Source: Desulfobacterales bacterium (GTDB taxonomy: Bacteria; Desulfobacterota; Desulfobacteria; Desulfobacterales; UBA5852). Taken from it: DNA of 64,000 bases. The DNA lies in NCBI GenBank assembly GCA_963674755.2, contig CAXXVS010000001.1, forward strand, positions 992,001 to 1,056,000, written 5' to 3'. The notes under the pieces were generated by a model. It saw only the letters and a program-made list of their open reading frames with translations, was not told the origin of the DNA and searched no databases. Positions 28,656 through 38,777 of this stretch are shown here, in pieces; the stretch's first letter is position 1; each line of letters starts with the position of its first letter. The position numbers and the translations under genes are program-made.

Positions 28656-29888
28656 ATGTCTAGCATCAGCATTTTCAGCGGGTCTTTCTGCAGCGTGGAT
28701 GCCGTGGTCGATGGCCTGATGGCCCGCACCGGTTATCGACTGGTTACGGACGACGATGTGGTCCAGGAGGCGAGCACGCTTTCCGGCATGGATGCCGGCA
28801 AAATCAGTCGCGCCTTTTCCGCCAAGGTGTCGGTGTTCAACAAGTTCACCCACGAAAGGGAGCGGGCGATCGCCTTCATGAAGCTGGCCCTGGCCAAGAC
28901 CTATCTGGCCGACGGCTGCCTGTACAAAGGGTTTTGCGGACTGCTTATCCCCAAGTCCATCGAGCATGTGCTGCGGGTGTGTTTGATCGCGGACGTGAAA
29001 TCCCGGGTGGCCGCGGCCCGGCAGGAGGGCCTTGCCAAAGGGGAAGCCCAGCGCCGCATCCTGGCCGATGATGAACGCTTTGCGGCCTGGGTGGAACTGC
29101 TCGAAGGCAGCAAGGATCCCTGGAGCAGCGGCCTCTACGATATCACCATCCCCATGGACAAGGACAGTGTGGCGGAGGCTGTCGAACTGGTCGCCAACTA
29201 CGCCGGCTCCGGGGCGGTCAACTACACGCCCCTGACCCAGCGCGCCGCGGATAATTTTCGCTTCGCCGCGGAAGTGGAAGTGGCCCTGGCCAAGGAAGGC
29301 CATCATGTGGGCGTCGAAGTTCACGAGGGTACCGTCATCCTCACCATCAACAAGCAGGTGCTCATGCTGAGCCGCCTGGAGGAAGAACTCAAGGGCATCG
29401 TCCAGAAGACAACGGGGGTGGATCAAGTGGAAATTAAAATCGGCGAGGGCTTTCACCAGACCGACATCTACCGTAAATTCGATTTCGAAATGCCGTCCAA
29501 AGTGCTGTTGGTGGATGATGAACGGGAATTTGTGCAGACCCTTTCCGAGCGGCTCCTGATGCGCGACATGGGCTCCACGGTGGCCTATGACGGCGAGTCG
29601 GCTCTGGCCATGGTACAGGAAGAGGAGCCCGAAGTCATGATTCTGGATCTCAAGATGCCCGGCATCGACGGCATCGAGGTGTTGCGCCGGGTGAAGGCCA
29701 GCCGTCCGGATATCGAAGTCATCATTCTGACCGGTCATGGATCCGAAGCGGATCGGAAGGTCTGTATGGATCTGGGGGCCTTCGCCTATCTGCATAAACC
29801 CGTGAACATCGAGCAGTTGAGCGATACCCTCAAGCAAGCCAACGAAAAAATCCTGGCACGCAAAAAGGCCGCTGACAGCGCGTCCTGA
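28656..29888 (+). CDS. Cytidylate-kinase-like domain fused to a C-terminal response regulator receiver
   Basis: N-terminal ISIFSG..., VLRVCLIAD, DPWSSGLYDI resemble the cytidylate-kinase-like family; C-terminal VLLVDDE, ILDLKMP, LTGHG, KP. Confidence 0.8.
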   Translation: MSSISIFSGSFCSVDAVVDGLMARTGYRLVTDDDVVQEASTLSGMDAGKISRAFSAKVSVFNKFTHERERAIAFMKLALAKTYLADGCLYKGFCGLLIPKSIEHVLRVCLIADVKSRVAAARQEGLAKGEAQRRILADDERFAAWVELLEGSKDPWSSGLYDITIPMDKDSVAEAVELVANYAGSGAVNYTPLTQRAADNFRFAAEVEVALAKEGHHVGVEVHEGTVILTINKQVLMLSRLEEELKGIVQKTTGVDQVEIKIGEGFHQTDIYRKFDFEMPSKVLLVDDEREFVQTLSERLLMRDMGSTVAYDGESALAMVQEEEPEVMILDLKMPGIDGIEVLRRVKASRPDIEVIILTGHGSEADRKVCMDLGAFAYLHKPVNIEQLSDTLKQANEKILARKKAADSAS

Positions 29889-29920
29889 ATCCGGCGGAGT
29901 CATCTTGACAGGGCATCCAA

Positions 29921-31669
29921 ATGGCCATTTTCCAACTGCTTGAAAACCTCAGGCCGCAGTTCCTGAAGGGCGAAAGAATCGAAGCCGATCACTTTCGCTA
30001 CCTGTTCAACTATCCCCGCTTGTGGCAGGTGGCCATCGCCCTGATGGCGACCGTCGCCGTGGTGCCCCTGGTCTGCGTCACTGTTTTCGATTACCGCGTC
30101 ACCCAGCATGCCCTGAAGTCCGAGATCCTGCTGCGCACCTCGCGGCTGGCCTCCAACAGCAAACGCTCCATCGCCTTTTTTCTGGAAGCCCGCAAGTCGG
30201 CCCTGGATTTCATCGTCCATGACAATGATCCGGAGGCCCTCCAGAATACGACCCGCCTGCAGAGGATTCTGGAGGATCTGGACAGCGGCTTCGGCGGGTT
30301 CGTGGATCTGGGGGTGATCGACGATCAGGGGCGGCAGGTCACTTATGTGGGGCCCTACCGGTTCGAAGGCAAGGACTACAGCCCCCAGGCCTGGTTCCAG
30401 GAAGTCGTGGAACAGGGAATCCACATCAGCGATGTCTTCCTGGGGTACCGAAAAGTACCCCACTTGGTCATCGCGGTAAAATATCCCTTGGCCAAGGGCT
30501 CGTTTTACGTACTGCGGGCCACCATCGATACCGGACCCTACAACCGCATTCTGAGCGAACTGGAGGTCAGCGGCTCCGGCGATGCCTTTCTGATCAATCA
30601 GGCCGGCATCATCCAGACGCCCACACGCAGTTCGGGCGAAGTGTTCGAAAAGGCGCCCCTGCCGGTGCCGCCCTATTCGGAGCATACCGAGGTCTACGAA
30701 ACAACAGCGGCCAACGGGGTCCCGCTGATTGTCGGCTACGCCTACATCCCTTCCACCCAGTTTATTCTGATGATCGTCAAAAAGACCGATCAGGTGATGC
30801 AGGCCTGGTACGCCACAAGGATCGACTTCATCAGCTTTCTGGTGGTCAGTGTGGCCGTCATTCTGACCGTCATCCTGGCCGTGGCCACCTACCTGGTCAA
30901 CAGCGTCTATCTCACCGACCGCAAGCGGCTGATGACCCTGCATGCCCAGGAGTACGCCTCCAAACTGGCCTCCATCGGCCGTCTGGCCGCGGGTGTAGCC
31001 CATGAAATCAACAACCCCCTGGCGATCATCAATGAAAAAGCCGGTCTCATGAGGGATCTCATGCTGATCAAAAAGAAGGACGCCCTGGAAGACGGCCGCC
31101 TGCTCAGGGAGACCGATGCCATCATCTCTTCGGTGGAGCGCTGCGGCACCATTACCAAGCGCCTGCTGAGTTTCGCCCGGCACATGGACACCCGCCGCAA
31201 GACCATTTTGCTGCCGGAACTCATGGAAGAGGTGCTCGGATTTTTAGGCAAGGAGGCGGAGTATCGCAGTATCGAGGTTACGGTGGACATCCCGGATGAT
31301 ATCCCGACGCTTTACACGGACCGGGGCAAACTCCAGCAGATCTTTCTCAACATCATCAACAATGCCTTTGCCGCCATGGAGGACGGTGGCCAGCTGACCA
31401 TCAGGGCTTCCCGGGTCGATCCGGACCATGTGGCGGTATCCGTCCGGGACACGGGTTGCGGCATTTCACCGAACGATTTAAAACAAATCTACGACCCGTT
31501 CTTCTCGACCAAGACGGGCAAGGGCGGCACGGGTCTGGGGTTGTCCATCACTTACGGGCTCATCGGCGAGATCGGCGGTCAAATCGATGTTGAGAGCCAG
31601 GTCGGCGAGGGCACGTGTTTTACGGTCAAATTGCCCCTCCGAATCGAGGAGAAGGGAGAAGCGAAGTAA
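29921..31669 (+). CDS. Membrane sensor histidine kinase with a periplasmic Cache-like domain
   Basis: Two TM segments flanking an extracytoplasmic domain (ISDVFLGYR); AHEINNPL, NIINNAF, DTGCGI, GTGLGL. Confidence 0.93.
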   Translation: MAIFQLLENLRPQFLKGERIEADHFRYLFNYPRLWQVAIALMATVAVVPLVCVTVFDYRVTQHALKSEILLRTSRLASNSKRSIAFFLEARKSALDFIVHDNDPEALQNTTRLQRILEDLDSGFGGFVDLGVIDDQGRQVTYVGPYRFEGKDYSPQAWFQEVVEQGIHISDVFLGYRKVPHLVIAVKYPLAKGSFYVLRATIDTGPYNRILSELEVSGSGDAFLINQAGIIQTPTRSSGEVFEKAPLPVPPYSEHTEVYETTAANGVPLIVGYAYIPSTQFILMIVKKTDQVMQAWYATRIDFISFLVVSVAVILTVILAVATYLVNSVYLTDRKRLMTLHAQEYASKLASIGRLAAGVAHEINNPLAIINEKAGLMRDLMLIKKKDALEDGRLLRETDAIISSVERCGTITKRLLSFARHMDTRRKTILLPELMEEVLGFLGKEAEYRSIEVTVDIPDDIPTLYTDRGKLQQIFLNIINNAFAAMEDGGQLTIRASRVDPDHVAVSVRDTGCGISPNDLKQIYDPFFSTKTGKGGTGLGLSITYGLIGEIGGQIDVESQVGEGTCFTVKLPLRIEEKGEAK

Positions 31670-32037
31670 TGCGCGTATTGCTCGTAGACGACGAAGAAGA
31701 ATTCGTGGCGACGCTGGCCGAGCGGCTTCGGATCAGAGGCATCGAGGCGGACTGGGCCACAACGGCCGATGAGGGCCTGCAGCGGGTCGTGGAAACGCAA
31801 TACGACATTGCGGTCCTGGACGTGAAGATGCCCAAGATCAGCGGCATCGACCTCAAGGCCAAAATCCAGGCCCTCTCGCCCGCCACCAAATTTATTTTCC
31901 TGACCGGTCACGGGTCGGAAAAGGATTTTATCGCCGGTACGTCCATCTCCGAATTTTACCTTATCAAACCGGTCCAGATCGACGACCTGATGGAAAAACT
32001 GCAAACCGCCGCCGGCCAGACAGGAACGCCATCATGA
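31669..32037 (+). CDS. Single-domain response regulator
   Basis: TAATG coupling with the kinase; VLLVDDE, LDVKMP, LTGHG, KP. Confidence 0.92.
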   Translation: MRVLLVDDEEEFVATLAERLRIRGIEADWATTADEGLQRVVETQYDIAVLDVKMPKISGIDLKAKIQALSPATKFIFLTGHGSEKDFIAGTSISEFYLIKPVQIDDLMEKLQTAAGQTGTPS

Positions 32038-32705
32038 AAGCCAAGGAAACCGTGCTGCAAGAGACAGGGCTGCAGTTTTTCGGGCAGCTTTCCGCTGCCG
32101 TTTCCCACGATCTGAAAAACGTGTTGTCCATTATCAATGAGAAAGCAGGTCTCCTGGAGGATTTCTGCTATATGGCCCGGCAGGGTAGAGCCCTCGACAT
32201 GGAGCGTATCGACGCCGTAACCGCCCAGGTAAAGGACCAGGTGGCGCGGGCCGATCAGATCATCCGCTGTTTCAACCGCTTTGCCCACAGTACCGACCAC
32301 CCGGTCGCCGCGGTGGATCTGGGCGAGACGGTGACGACCCTGGTGCGATTGGCCCAGCGTCTGCTGGCCGGCATGGAAGCCACGCTGGAACTGCAGCCCA
32401 TCGATCCGCCGGTGGTGATCACAACCCGTCCCTTGATGGTGCAGGAACTGATCTGGGCGGCCATCCAATGGACCGCCGCCCAACGGGATGGGAAAAAAGC
32501 CATATCGCTTGCCGTGGAGCGAAGCGGCGATGGGGCCCGTGTTCTGATCGGACGGTTGGACCCGTTGCCCGGAGAAGGCCTGGAGGCCGTGTTTCGCAGC
32601 GCGACGGATGCGGTGCGGGAGGCCCTGGGAGCCGAAATTCATCTGGACCCCGCATCCGGCATGCTGCGAATTGACTTGGCCGCCCTCGCGCCGCCTGCCG
32701 GATAG
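32034..32705 (+). CDS. HisKA-domain protein with a degenerate ATPase domain (phosphotransferase-like)
   Basis: H-box SHDLKNVLSIINE present; no recognisable N/G1/F/G2 boxes; ATGA overlap with the upstream gene. Confidence 0.75.
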   Translation: MKAKETVLQETGLQFFGQLSAAVSHDLKNVLSIINEKAGLLEDFCYMARQGRALDMERIDAVTAQVKDQVARADQIIRCFNRFAHSTDHPVAAVDLGETVTTLVRLAQRLLAGMEATLELQPIDPPVVITTRPLMVQELIWAAIQWTAAQRDGKKAISLAVERSGDGARVLIGRLDPLPGEGLEAVFRSATDAVREALGAEIHLDPASGMLRIDLAALAPPAG

Positions 32706-32796
32706 GGCCATACGATCATGGTGGCAACCTGGAGCGGGCTCGTTTGAAGCCGTCCGGGGAAGTTTGAATGATCTATTTATCTTAAGGAGAAGAGTC

Positions 32797-33225
32797 ATGG
32801 ACGAAAAAGTGCTCCTGGTCGACGATGAAGGGGAATTTCTCGACACCCTTGCCGAACGCATGCGCAACCGGGGAATGAGCGTTACCACCAGCATGTCGGC
32901 GGTCGAAGCCATTCATAAGACCGAAGCCAGTGATTTCGACGTCATCATCCTTGATTTGCTGATGCCCGGCATGGACGGCATTCAGGCCCTCAAAGCGCTT
33001 AAGGAAAAAAGGCCTGACTTGCAGGTCATCCTGCTGACCGGTCATGCGACCGTTCAGAAAGGTATCGAGGCCATGAAGCTCGGTGCGATGGACCTGCTTG
33101 AAAAACCAGCCGATATCAACGAACTGACCGAAAAGATCAAGAAGGCCAAAGCCCAGAAAATGATCCTGGTGGAGAAAAAGGCCGAGAAGAAGATCCGGGA
33201 CATCCTCAAAAGCAAATCTTGGTAG
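32797..33225 (+). CDS. Single-domain response regulator
   Basis: AAGGAG SD; VLLVDDE, LDLLMP, LTGHA, EKP; lysine-rich tail. Confidence 0.92.
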   Translation: MDEKVLLVDDEGEFLDTLAERMRNRGMSVTTSMSAVEAIHKTEASDFDVIILDLLMPGMDGIQALKALKEKRPDLQVILLTGHATVQKGIEAMKLGAMDLLEKPADINELTEKIKKAKAQKMILVEKKAEKKIRDILKSKSW

Positions 33226-33617
33226 CCCCTGCCACCTAACGTTTTTCTACGATGTGATGGCGGGATGCCGTTTACATCCGATGAGCATGATCGCTGAGGG
33301 GCGGATGGACGCCCCTCACTTGCGGCCGGCCGACGGGTGATTATCCTTTCCGTTGAGCCGGAGCGGGCCGATCCGGTGAGGCAGTCCGCGAAACAATGCT
33401 GTTTGTAAAAACGGTGAGGCCATGCGGTCCTCAAAGCGGCGGGCGGAAAAGGCGTGAAAGCTAAGGGATATCCGGAACAGGCCGTGTTTCGCAATGCCAT
33501 CCGACCGACTGAATGGGGGCCGGATGTCGGCGTATTTGCGAAGAGGACCGCTGAACACGATCGCCGGCGGTAATCGGACATGTGATTTTTTTTAACCCAA
33601 AACCACGGAGGTTTGAC

Positions 33618-34007
33618 ATGCAACGTTTGCACACGACCCAATGTGCGATCCTGACCGTACTGGCCGTATTCGGACTTGTCCTGGTGGTGGGCTGCAGCAG
33701 CAGCGGCAGCAGCAAGGATCTCACCAAAGACATCAGCGGCACCTGGCAGCGGGCCAAAGGGGATGGGACGGTGGACATCCATCTCGCGCAGGAGCCCTTG
33801 ACGGTGACCATGGACGGCAAAACCTTTCCTGCGACCATCACCAAGGTCGACGATGGTTCCTACAGCCTGCACATCAAGGTGGAAAACGACGGGAAACCGG
33901 ATGAATGGATTCTGCGCCAGGTTTGGAATGACAATGGCAGCAACTATACGGTGGCCTTCATCCACGACGGCACCAACGAGAAACTCGTATCGAAGCAACA
34001 CTCTTAG
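33618..34007 (+). CDS. Hypothetical lipoprotein
   Basis: GGAGG SD; lipobox VVG-C followed by a Ser-rich linker; ISGTW motif. Confidence 0.8.
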   Translation: MQRLHTTQCAILTVLAVFGLVLVVGCSSSGSSKDLTKDISGTWQRAKGDGTVDIHLAQEPLTVTMDGKTFPATITKVDDGSYSLHIKVENDGKPDEWILRQVWNDNGSNYTVAFIHDGTNEKLVSKQHS

Positions 34008-34058
34008 CAACGACGGATCCGCGCTTTGTTCTCCGATATGATATAAGGACAATTCGTT

Positions 34059-34889
34059 TTGGAAAATTTGCTACACGTTTTTCGCAATACCCCCCTGGGC
34101 CGGGAAACCCTCATGCAGTCCCTCTATTTTTGCAGGACACTGGACATCGGCCTCGATATCTATATCCCGGACGCAATGAGTTTCATGATGTATTTCGACG
34201 ATGAAGCGGTCCAGGTCGACCTGGACCGCTCCTATCTCAACGAACCGGATACCGCGGTCGAGCACGCCCGCGCACTTGCGGGGGATGCCGGCGTGACCCC
34301 GCGTTTTATCAACCCCAAGTACCGCACCGCCCGCGATCTGCCGGACATCCCGACTTACTTCCAGTTTATGTGCTGCCCGCGCAGCATCAGCGATTTGTCG
34401 TCGAAGATCGGACTCGGCTATATCGGGCCCAAGGTGCGGCGTATCATGCACTCGGCCCCCTTCCCGGTGTTGATGACCGCGGAGGTCTTCAAAGCCTGGA
34501 AGAGCATCATGGTGTTGTTCGGAGGGTCGGAAAGTGCTTGCCATGCGCTTGAATTCGGGGTGCAGATCGCCGAGCGTACCGGACTGCCCTTGGATCTCTT
34601 CACCCAAATGGAACGGGAAGAATTTTACTACTACGAGCAGATCCATGATGCCGGTTTGGAGAAAGCCCTCAGTGAGCGGGTGCGCCATTGGCATCGGTTC
34701 GAAACGGGCACTTTCGCCGAAAATCTTTACCATGTGCCCCACGATGCGATGGTTTTAGCGGGTGCCTATGGCCATGGGATGGTCAGACAGATGCTTTTCG
34801 GAAGCAAGCTGGAAACCGTCCAAACGACACTGATCAATACGATGCTGGTGAGCGGACCCCGGTCCACGGCCAGTTTGACGCTCCATTAG
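34059..34889 (+). CDS. Universal stress protein (tandem USP-like)
   Basis: APFPVL, VLFGGSE, GAYGHG...LFGS USP motifs; TTG start. Confidence 0.8.
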   Translation: MENLLHVFRNTPLGRETLMQSLYFCRTLDIGLDIYIPDAMSFMMYFDDEAVQVDLDRSYLNEPDTAVEHARALAGDAGVTPRFINPKYRTARDLPDIPTYFQFMCCPRSISDLSSKIGLGYIGPKVRRIMHSAPFPVLMTAEVFKAWKSIMVLFGGSESACHALEFGVQIAERTGLPLDLFTQMEREEFYYYEQIHDAGLEKALSERVRHWHRFETGTFAENLYHVPHDAMVLAGAYGHGMVRQMLFGSKLETVQTTLINTMLVSGPRSTASLTLH

Positions 34890-35097
34890 GGCGCCGGGCC
34901 TCAATCCGAACCGCTGTGAGGGCCGACCGGCCACAGCGCATCCACGAAGGGGGGATCCCAAAAGGCGGGATCAAGATGGGTGCCGATGGATTTCGCCCGG
35001 GCGATCAGGATGAGGGGGCCCCGGTTCTATCCGCAAGCCGGCGGCTTTTCACCCTGCCGTTGCCCTGTCGATCTAACCTTGTTGGAGGATTCCGGCC

Positions 35098-35814
35098 ATG
35101 CCACCGTCTTTAAAGCACTTCGCGCTGCTGGTTTTGCTGATCGTTCTGGGGACGGCGAACGGCATGGCCGGCGAGACCCCGGAAGGTGACCGCATCGCGC
35201 TCGTTACCGATTTCACCTATCACCGCGGGGCGACGGATTCGATTGCCGAAGCCAAGGCCCTGGCGCTGTTCGGGGCGAAATTGAAAGCGGTCCGGCTGGC
35301 TGCCAAATATCTGACCCACAAGGGTCTGCTGGAGCATTACGAGAAAAAAGAAAACGAGATATTCTGTCTGGCGGCCGGCACCATCCCGGTAGACGTGCTT
35401 GATGAACGGGTCGATAAGCAACGCGGCACCTGCTACGTGAAGATTCGTTCGCAAATCAGCAATGTGGATTTCATTCGGGCCCACATCGAAGATTTGGAAG
35501 CGGAGAAACGGGAGGCACATTTCTCCTACAGCCGGGAAATGGAGCAACCGCTCATGCCGGGCATCGAACCCGGACGGGAACTGTCCCGGGCCTACCGCTA
35601 TATCCGGAAGCAGCAATGGCGCATCGCCATTATTTATCTGGATCACCTGCAAAAGAAATACCCCGCCTGGGGCGATCTCTATCTGGCCAAGGCCATTGCT
35701 TTCTACGGGATCAATGATCGCGAAGAAATGATGACCGCGCTGCAAAGGGCCTGCCGTTTGGATAACCAGGAAGCCTGCCAAGAGTTGCAGAGTTTCCCGT
35801 CGGATTTATCCTGA
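35098..35814 (+). CDS. Secreted hypothetical protein with C-terminal TPR-like repeats
   Basis: Signal peptide; helical repeat ending ALQRACRLDNQEAC. Confidence 0.7.
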   Translation: MPPSLKHFALLVLLIVLGTANGMAGETPEGDRIALVTDFTYHRGATDSIAEAKALALFGAKLKAVRLAAKYLTHKGLLEHYEKKENEIFCLAAGTIPVDVLDERVDKQRGTCYVKIRSQISNVDFIRAHIEDLEAEKREAHFSYSREMEQPLMPGIEPGRELSRAYRYIRKQQWRIAIIYLDHLQKKYPAWGDLYLAKAIAFYGINDREEMMTALQRACRLDNQEACQELQSFPSDLS

Positions 35815-35911
35815 CATTTGCCAGCCGGGGCGGTTTTCACCCGGCCGGCCCATTGCCAGGCCGGGGGCTTGGCCAGGCAAACCGCAAACCGTTTCCCGGG
35901 GGTGAGGCCAT

Positions 35912-36571
35912 ATGACGCTCAGAAGCGTGCCGACCAGGGGGCGTACCCTGGACCACGCCGCCTTGGTGTATGACTTCTGCGAACCCATCCTGCTGCTGGG
36001 CCAACAGGCCGAATACGACCGCCATCTGTTGGCACTCCTGGATCTCAAGGGCTCGGACCGCGTATTGGATTTGGGCTGTGGTACCGGCGTGCTCACCCGC
36101 ATGATCGGCGACCGGCTGGACGGTACGGCAGGCGGCGAGAGTGTGGGCATCGACGCGGCCGCCAAAATGATCGGCGTGGCGCGCAAGAAGCGGGCTACCC
36201 CCACCTGCCGTTTCGAGGTGATGGCGGCCGAAGCCCTGGGATTCGACGATGGTATCTTCGATGGGGTGGTGTCGAGCCTGTTCTTCCACCATGTTCCCCT
36301 GGATCTCAAGCAAAAGGCCCTGGCCGAAGCCTTCCGGGTGCTCAAACCCGGCGGGCGCCTGGTGATCGCGGACATGCACATCCCCACCACCTGGATGGGT
36401 GCGCTGGTTTCCCACGTATCCCGCTGGTTTTTCATGCAGCCCCAGATCGGCGAGAATATCCGCGGGGTGCTGCCCGGTGTCATCAACGCCGCCGGTTTCA
36501 GATCCCCGGATATCGTGGCAACCTATTTCGGCTATATCGCCGTGTTCAACACCCGTAAACCGGAAGCCTGA
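35912..36571 (+). CDS. Class I SAM-dependent methyltransferase (UbiE-like)
   Basis: VLDLGCGTG, GIDAAAKM, FDGVVSSLFFHH, RVLKPGG. Confidence 0.92.
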   Translation: MTLRSVPTRGRTLDHAALVYDFCEPILLLGQQAEYDRHLLALLDLKGSDRVLDLGCGTGVLTRMIGDRLDGTAGGESVGIDAAAKMIGVARKKRATPTCRFEVMAAEALGFDDGIFDGVVSSLFFHHVPLDLKQKALAEAFRVLKPGGRLVIADMHIPTTWMGALVSHVSRWFFMQPQIGENIRGVLPGVINAAGFRSPDIVATYFGYIAVFNTRKPEA

Positions 36572-36573
36572 GC

Positions 36574-37601
36574 ATGCCCTGCGACGACGATCTTTCGGCC
36601 GGGCTGGACCCGATGGCGCAGATGCCGGCCTTCGCCAATTTGCTGGCGGAGCTGCAGGCGGGGCTGCGGCGCTATTGGGAAACGGCCGATCAAATCCTGC
36701 GGCCCTGCGGCGTCACCCTCCACCCATACACCGCAACGGCATTTTCCCTTGCGAAGAATTTTTTTCCATGCTTTTTCTCTACTCCTACCAGCGGGCGGGC
36801 ATCCCGCAGGATCGCCGCCTCGTCTATGCGGCGATTCTGCAATGTCTACGGGGGATGGTGACCGGCTGCGACAACCTGCTGGACGACGAATACAAACCCA
36901 CCCTGGAAACAGATCTTCCCGCCCGCGGACACCGTTTCCGGTCCGTGGTGGATATCATGGTGTCCGACCGGGTGCTCTTCCAGATCCTCCTGCAAGCCGC
37001 CCGCCGGGGCGAGATTGCCCTGGAACAGGTTCCCCTGGCAGCGGCGGCCTCCATGCAGACCATGACCCGCAGTGGTATCGAGGAGGCGGGCGAAGAGGGC
37101 GGCGTGACCGACATTCTTGCGCCGGATGCGATCCTGCGCACGGTCCACCACTTTAAAACCGGCCTCCTGTTTCAATGCCCCTGGGACATCCCCCGCACCA
37201 TCGAAACCACTGACGACGGGCACCTGTCACCCTTGCTGGAGGGGCTCTACCTGATCGGGATGGGCTGTCAGATCATGGACGACATGGTGGACATGGCCAT
37301 CGATGTGCGCGTCCGGAAGCACAACTATCTGGTTTCCCTGATTCACCATGGGGAAAGTGCGGATGAAAGCGCGCAGTTGGCGGATGCCATGGCTTCGGAG
37401 GCCGACGCGCTTGCGGGCGCCTTGCACATGGGCCGCTTCCCGACGGCGGCCCGACAGGCGCGGCAAACCGCCCACTGGTTGCTGACCCGGGGCTTCGATC
37501 TGCTCTTCGCCCGGGAGCACCAGGCGCTCACCCCCCATGCGATCCACTTTCTGGAACAGCGCATCGGCGTGGAACACAGCGGATGTGGAACACCCCCATG
37601 A
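36574..37601 (+). pseudogene. Class I isoprenoid synthase/terpene-synthase-fold gene split by a -1 frameshift in a T7 tract (36759-36765)
   Basis: Frame A ends ...AKNFF and frame B continues FFSMLFLYSY; one extra T gives a 342-aa ORF. Motifs DNLLDDE, KTGLLF and QIMDDMVD...KHN. Confidence 0.8.
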
Positions 37602-38773
37602 CATCCGGCGGCGTTGGTTTCTGGGTACGGATCGCGCTGCTTTTCCTCCTGCGTTCCGGCCGTTCCACGGCCGCCCTGTCCGTCATGGTGGTCACGGCCG
37701 TGGCCGCCCTGATTTTCCTGGCGGCGCTGTCGGTGGGGGTCAAAGACGCCATGCTGCGCAACACGGTGGGGCTGTTTGCAGGGCATATCACGGTTTCCAA
37801 CCTGCCGGGAAACATAAGCCCGGCCAATCTGCGCATCGCGGGCGTCAAGGCTGTTTTGCAGCGCCGCTATCGGCCGGGCGTTCTATCCGGAGACGGGCTG
37901 GCCCTGCCGCTGACCCTGTGCGGGATCGATCCGGCCCGGGAATCCGCCGTGACGGCCCTCGAAAAGAAAATCACGGCGGGGCGCTATCCGCAGAACGGCC
38001 GGGCGGAGATTCTCATCAGCCGCGAGCTGGCGCGGTCGTTCGGGGTGCATATCGGTGATGACCTCCGCTTCCAGGACCGGCCGGGCGGTGCCGGGTCGTC
38101 CTTCAGGGTGGCCGGCATCTACCAGAGCGGTCTGGAAGCCCTGGACCGCGGTCTGGCATTTTGCCCCCTGGACCGCCTGCCGGATAAGGATACCGCCTGG
38201 ACGGCGGCCGTGTTTCTGAAAGACGGGGTCGTGCCGGCCGCCATCCTGAAAGCCTATCGACAGCAGCTGCCGGCAACCGTCCGCTTGACGTCCTGGGAAG
38301 ACCAGATGCCGGATCTGCGCCAGCTTATCGACCTGGAGGCGATTTCCATGGCGGTGGTCATCGTGCTGGTTTTCGGGGTCGTTGCCATCGGCCTGGCCTG
38401 CTCGTTTGTGATCTTCATCATCCGCAACATGCGCGAGTACGGTATCCTGAAGGCGATGGGGGTGACCACCGCCGAGATGACCCGGCTCATCGCCACCAAG
38501 GTGATGTTGATGAATCTGGCGGCCTGCGGGGCGGGGCTGCTGATCGGCGTGGCGGCTGTCCTGGCGGTGGCCCGGCTGGGGGGCATCGATATCAGTGCCT
38601 TTACGTCCCACAACCGCTATTTCGCCGTATCGGGTGTCATTTATCCGCGCTTGACCGCCTTCTCCCTGTGGGCGCCTCCGGCGGTTTCCCTGGTGTTCAG
38701 CCTGGCGGCGGCAGTCTGGCCGGCCCTGCTGGTGGCCCGCAAGCGGGCCGCCGATATTTTGAGGATGATCTAA
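37598..38773 (+). CDS. ABC transporter permease, FtsX/LolE/MacB family
   Basis: ATGA overlap; N-terminal TM, periplasmic GIDP..E and GRYP, REYGILKAMG, C-terminal TMs. Confidence 0.9.
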   Translation: MTSGGVGFWVRIALLFLLRSGRSTAALSVMVVTAVAALIFLAALSVGVKDAMLRNTVGLFAGHITVSNLPGNISPANLRIAGVKAVLQRRYRPGVLSGDGLALPLTLCGIDPARESAVTALEKKITAGRYPQNGRAEILISRELARSFGVHIGDDLRFQDRPGGAGSSFRVAGIYQSGLEALDRGLAFCPLDRLPDKDTAWTAAVFLKDGVVPAAILKAYRQQLPATVRLTSWEDQMPDLRQLIDLEAISMAVVIVLVFGVVAIGLACSFVIFIIRNMREYGILKAMGVTTAEMTRLIATKVMLMNLAACGAGLLIGVAAVLAVARLGGIDISAFTSHNRYFAVSGVIYPRLTAFSLWAPPAVSLVFSLAAAVWPALLVARKRAADILRMI

Positions 38774-38777
38774 GCCC

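Noticed and set aside
33230..33600. Structured-looking intergenic region with a hairpin (TGAGGGGCG/CGCCCCTCA) and GAAAGCTAAGGG reminiscent of a c-di-GMP-I riboswitch
   Set aside because: The GGCAAA-stem-GAAA and GCAAAGC core could not be matched; an Infernal/Rfam scan would be needed.
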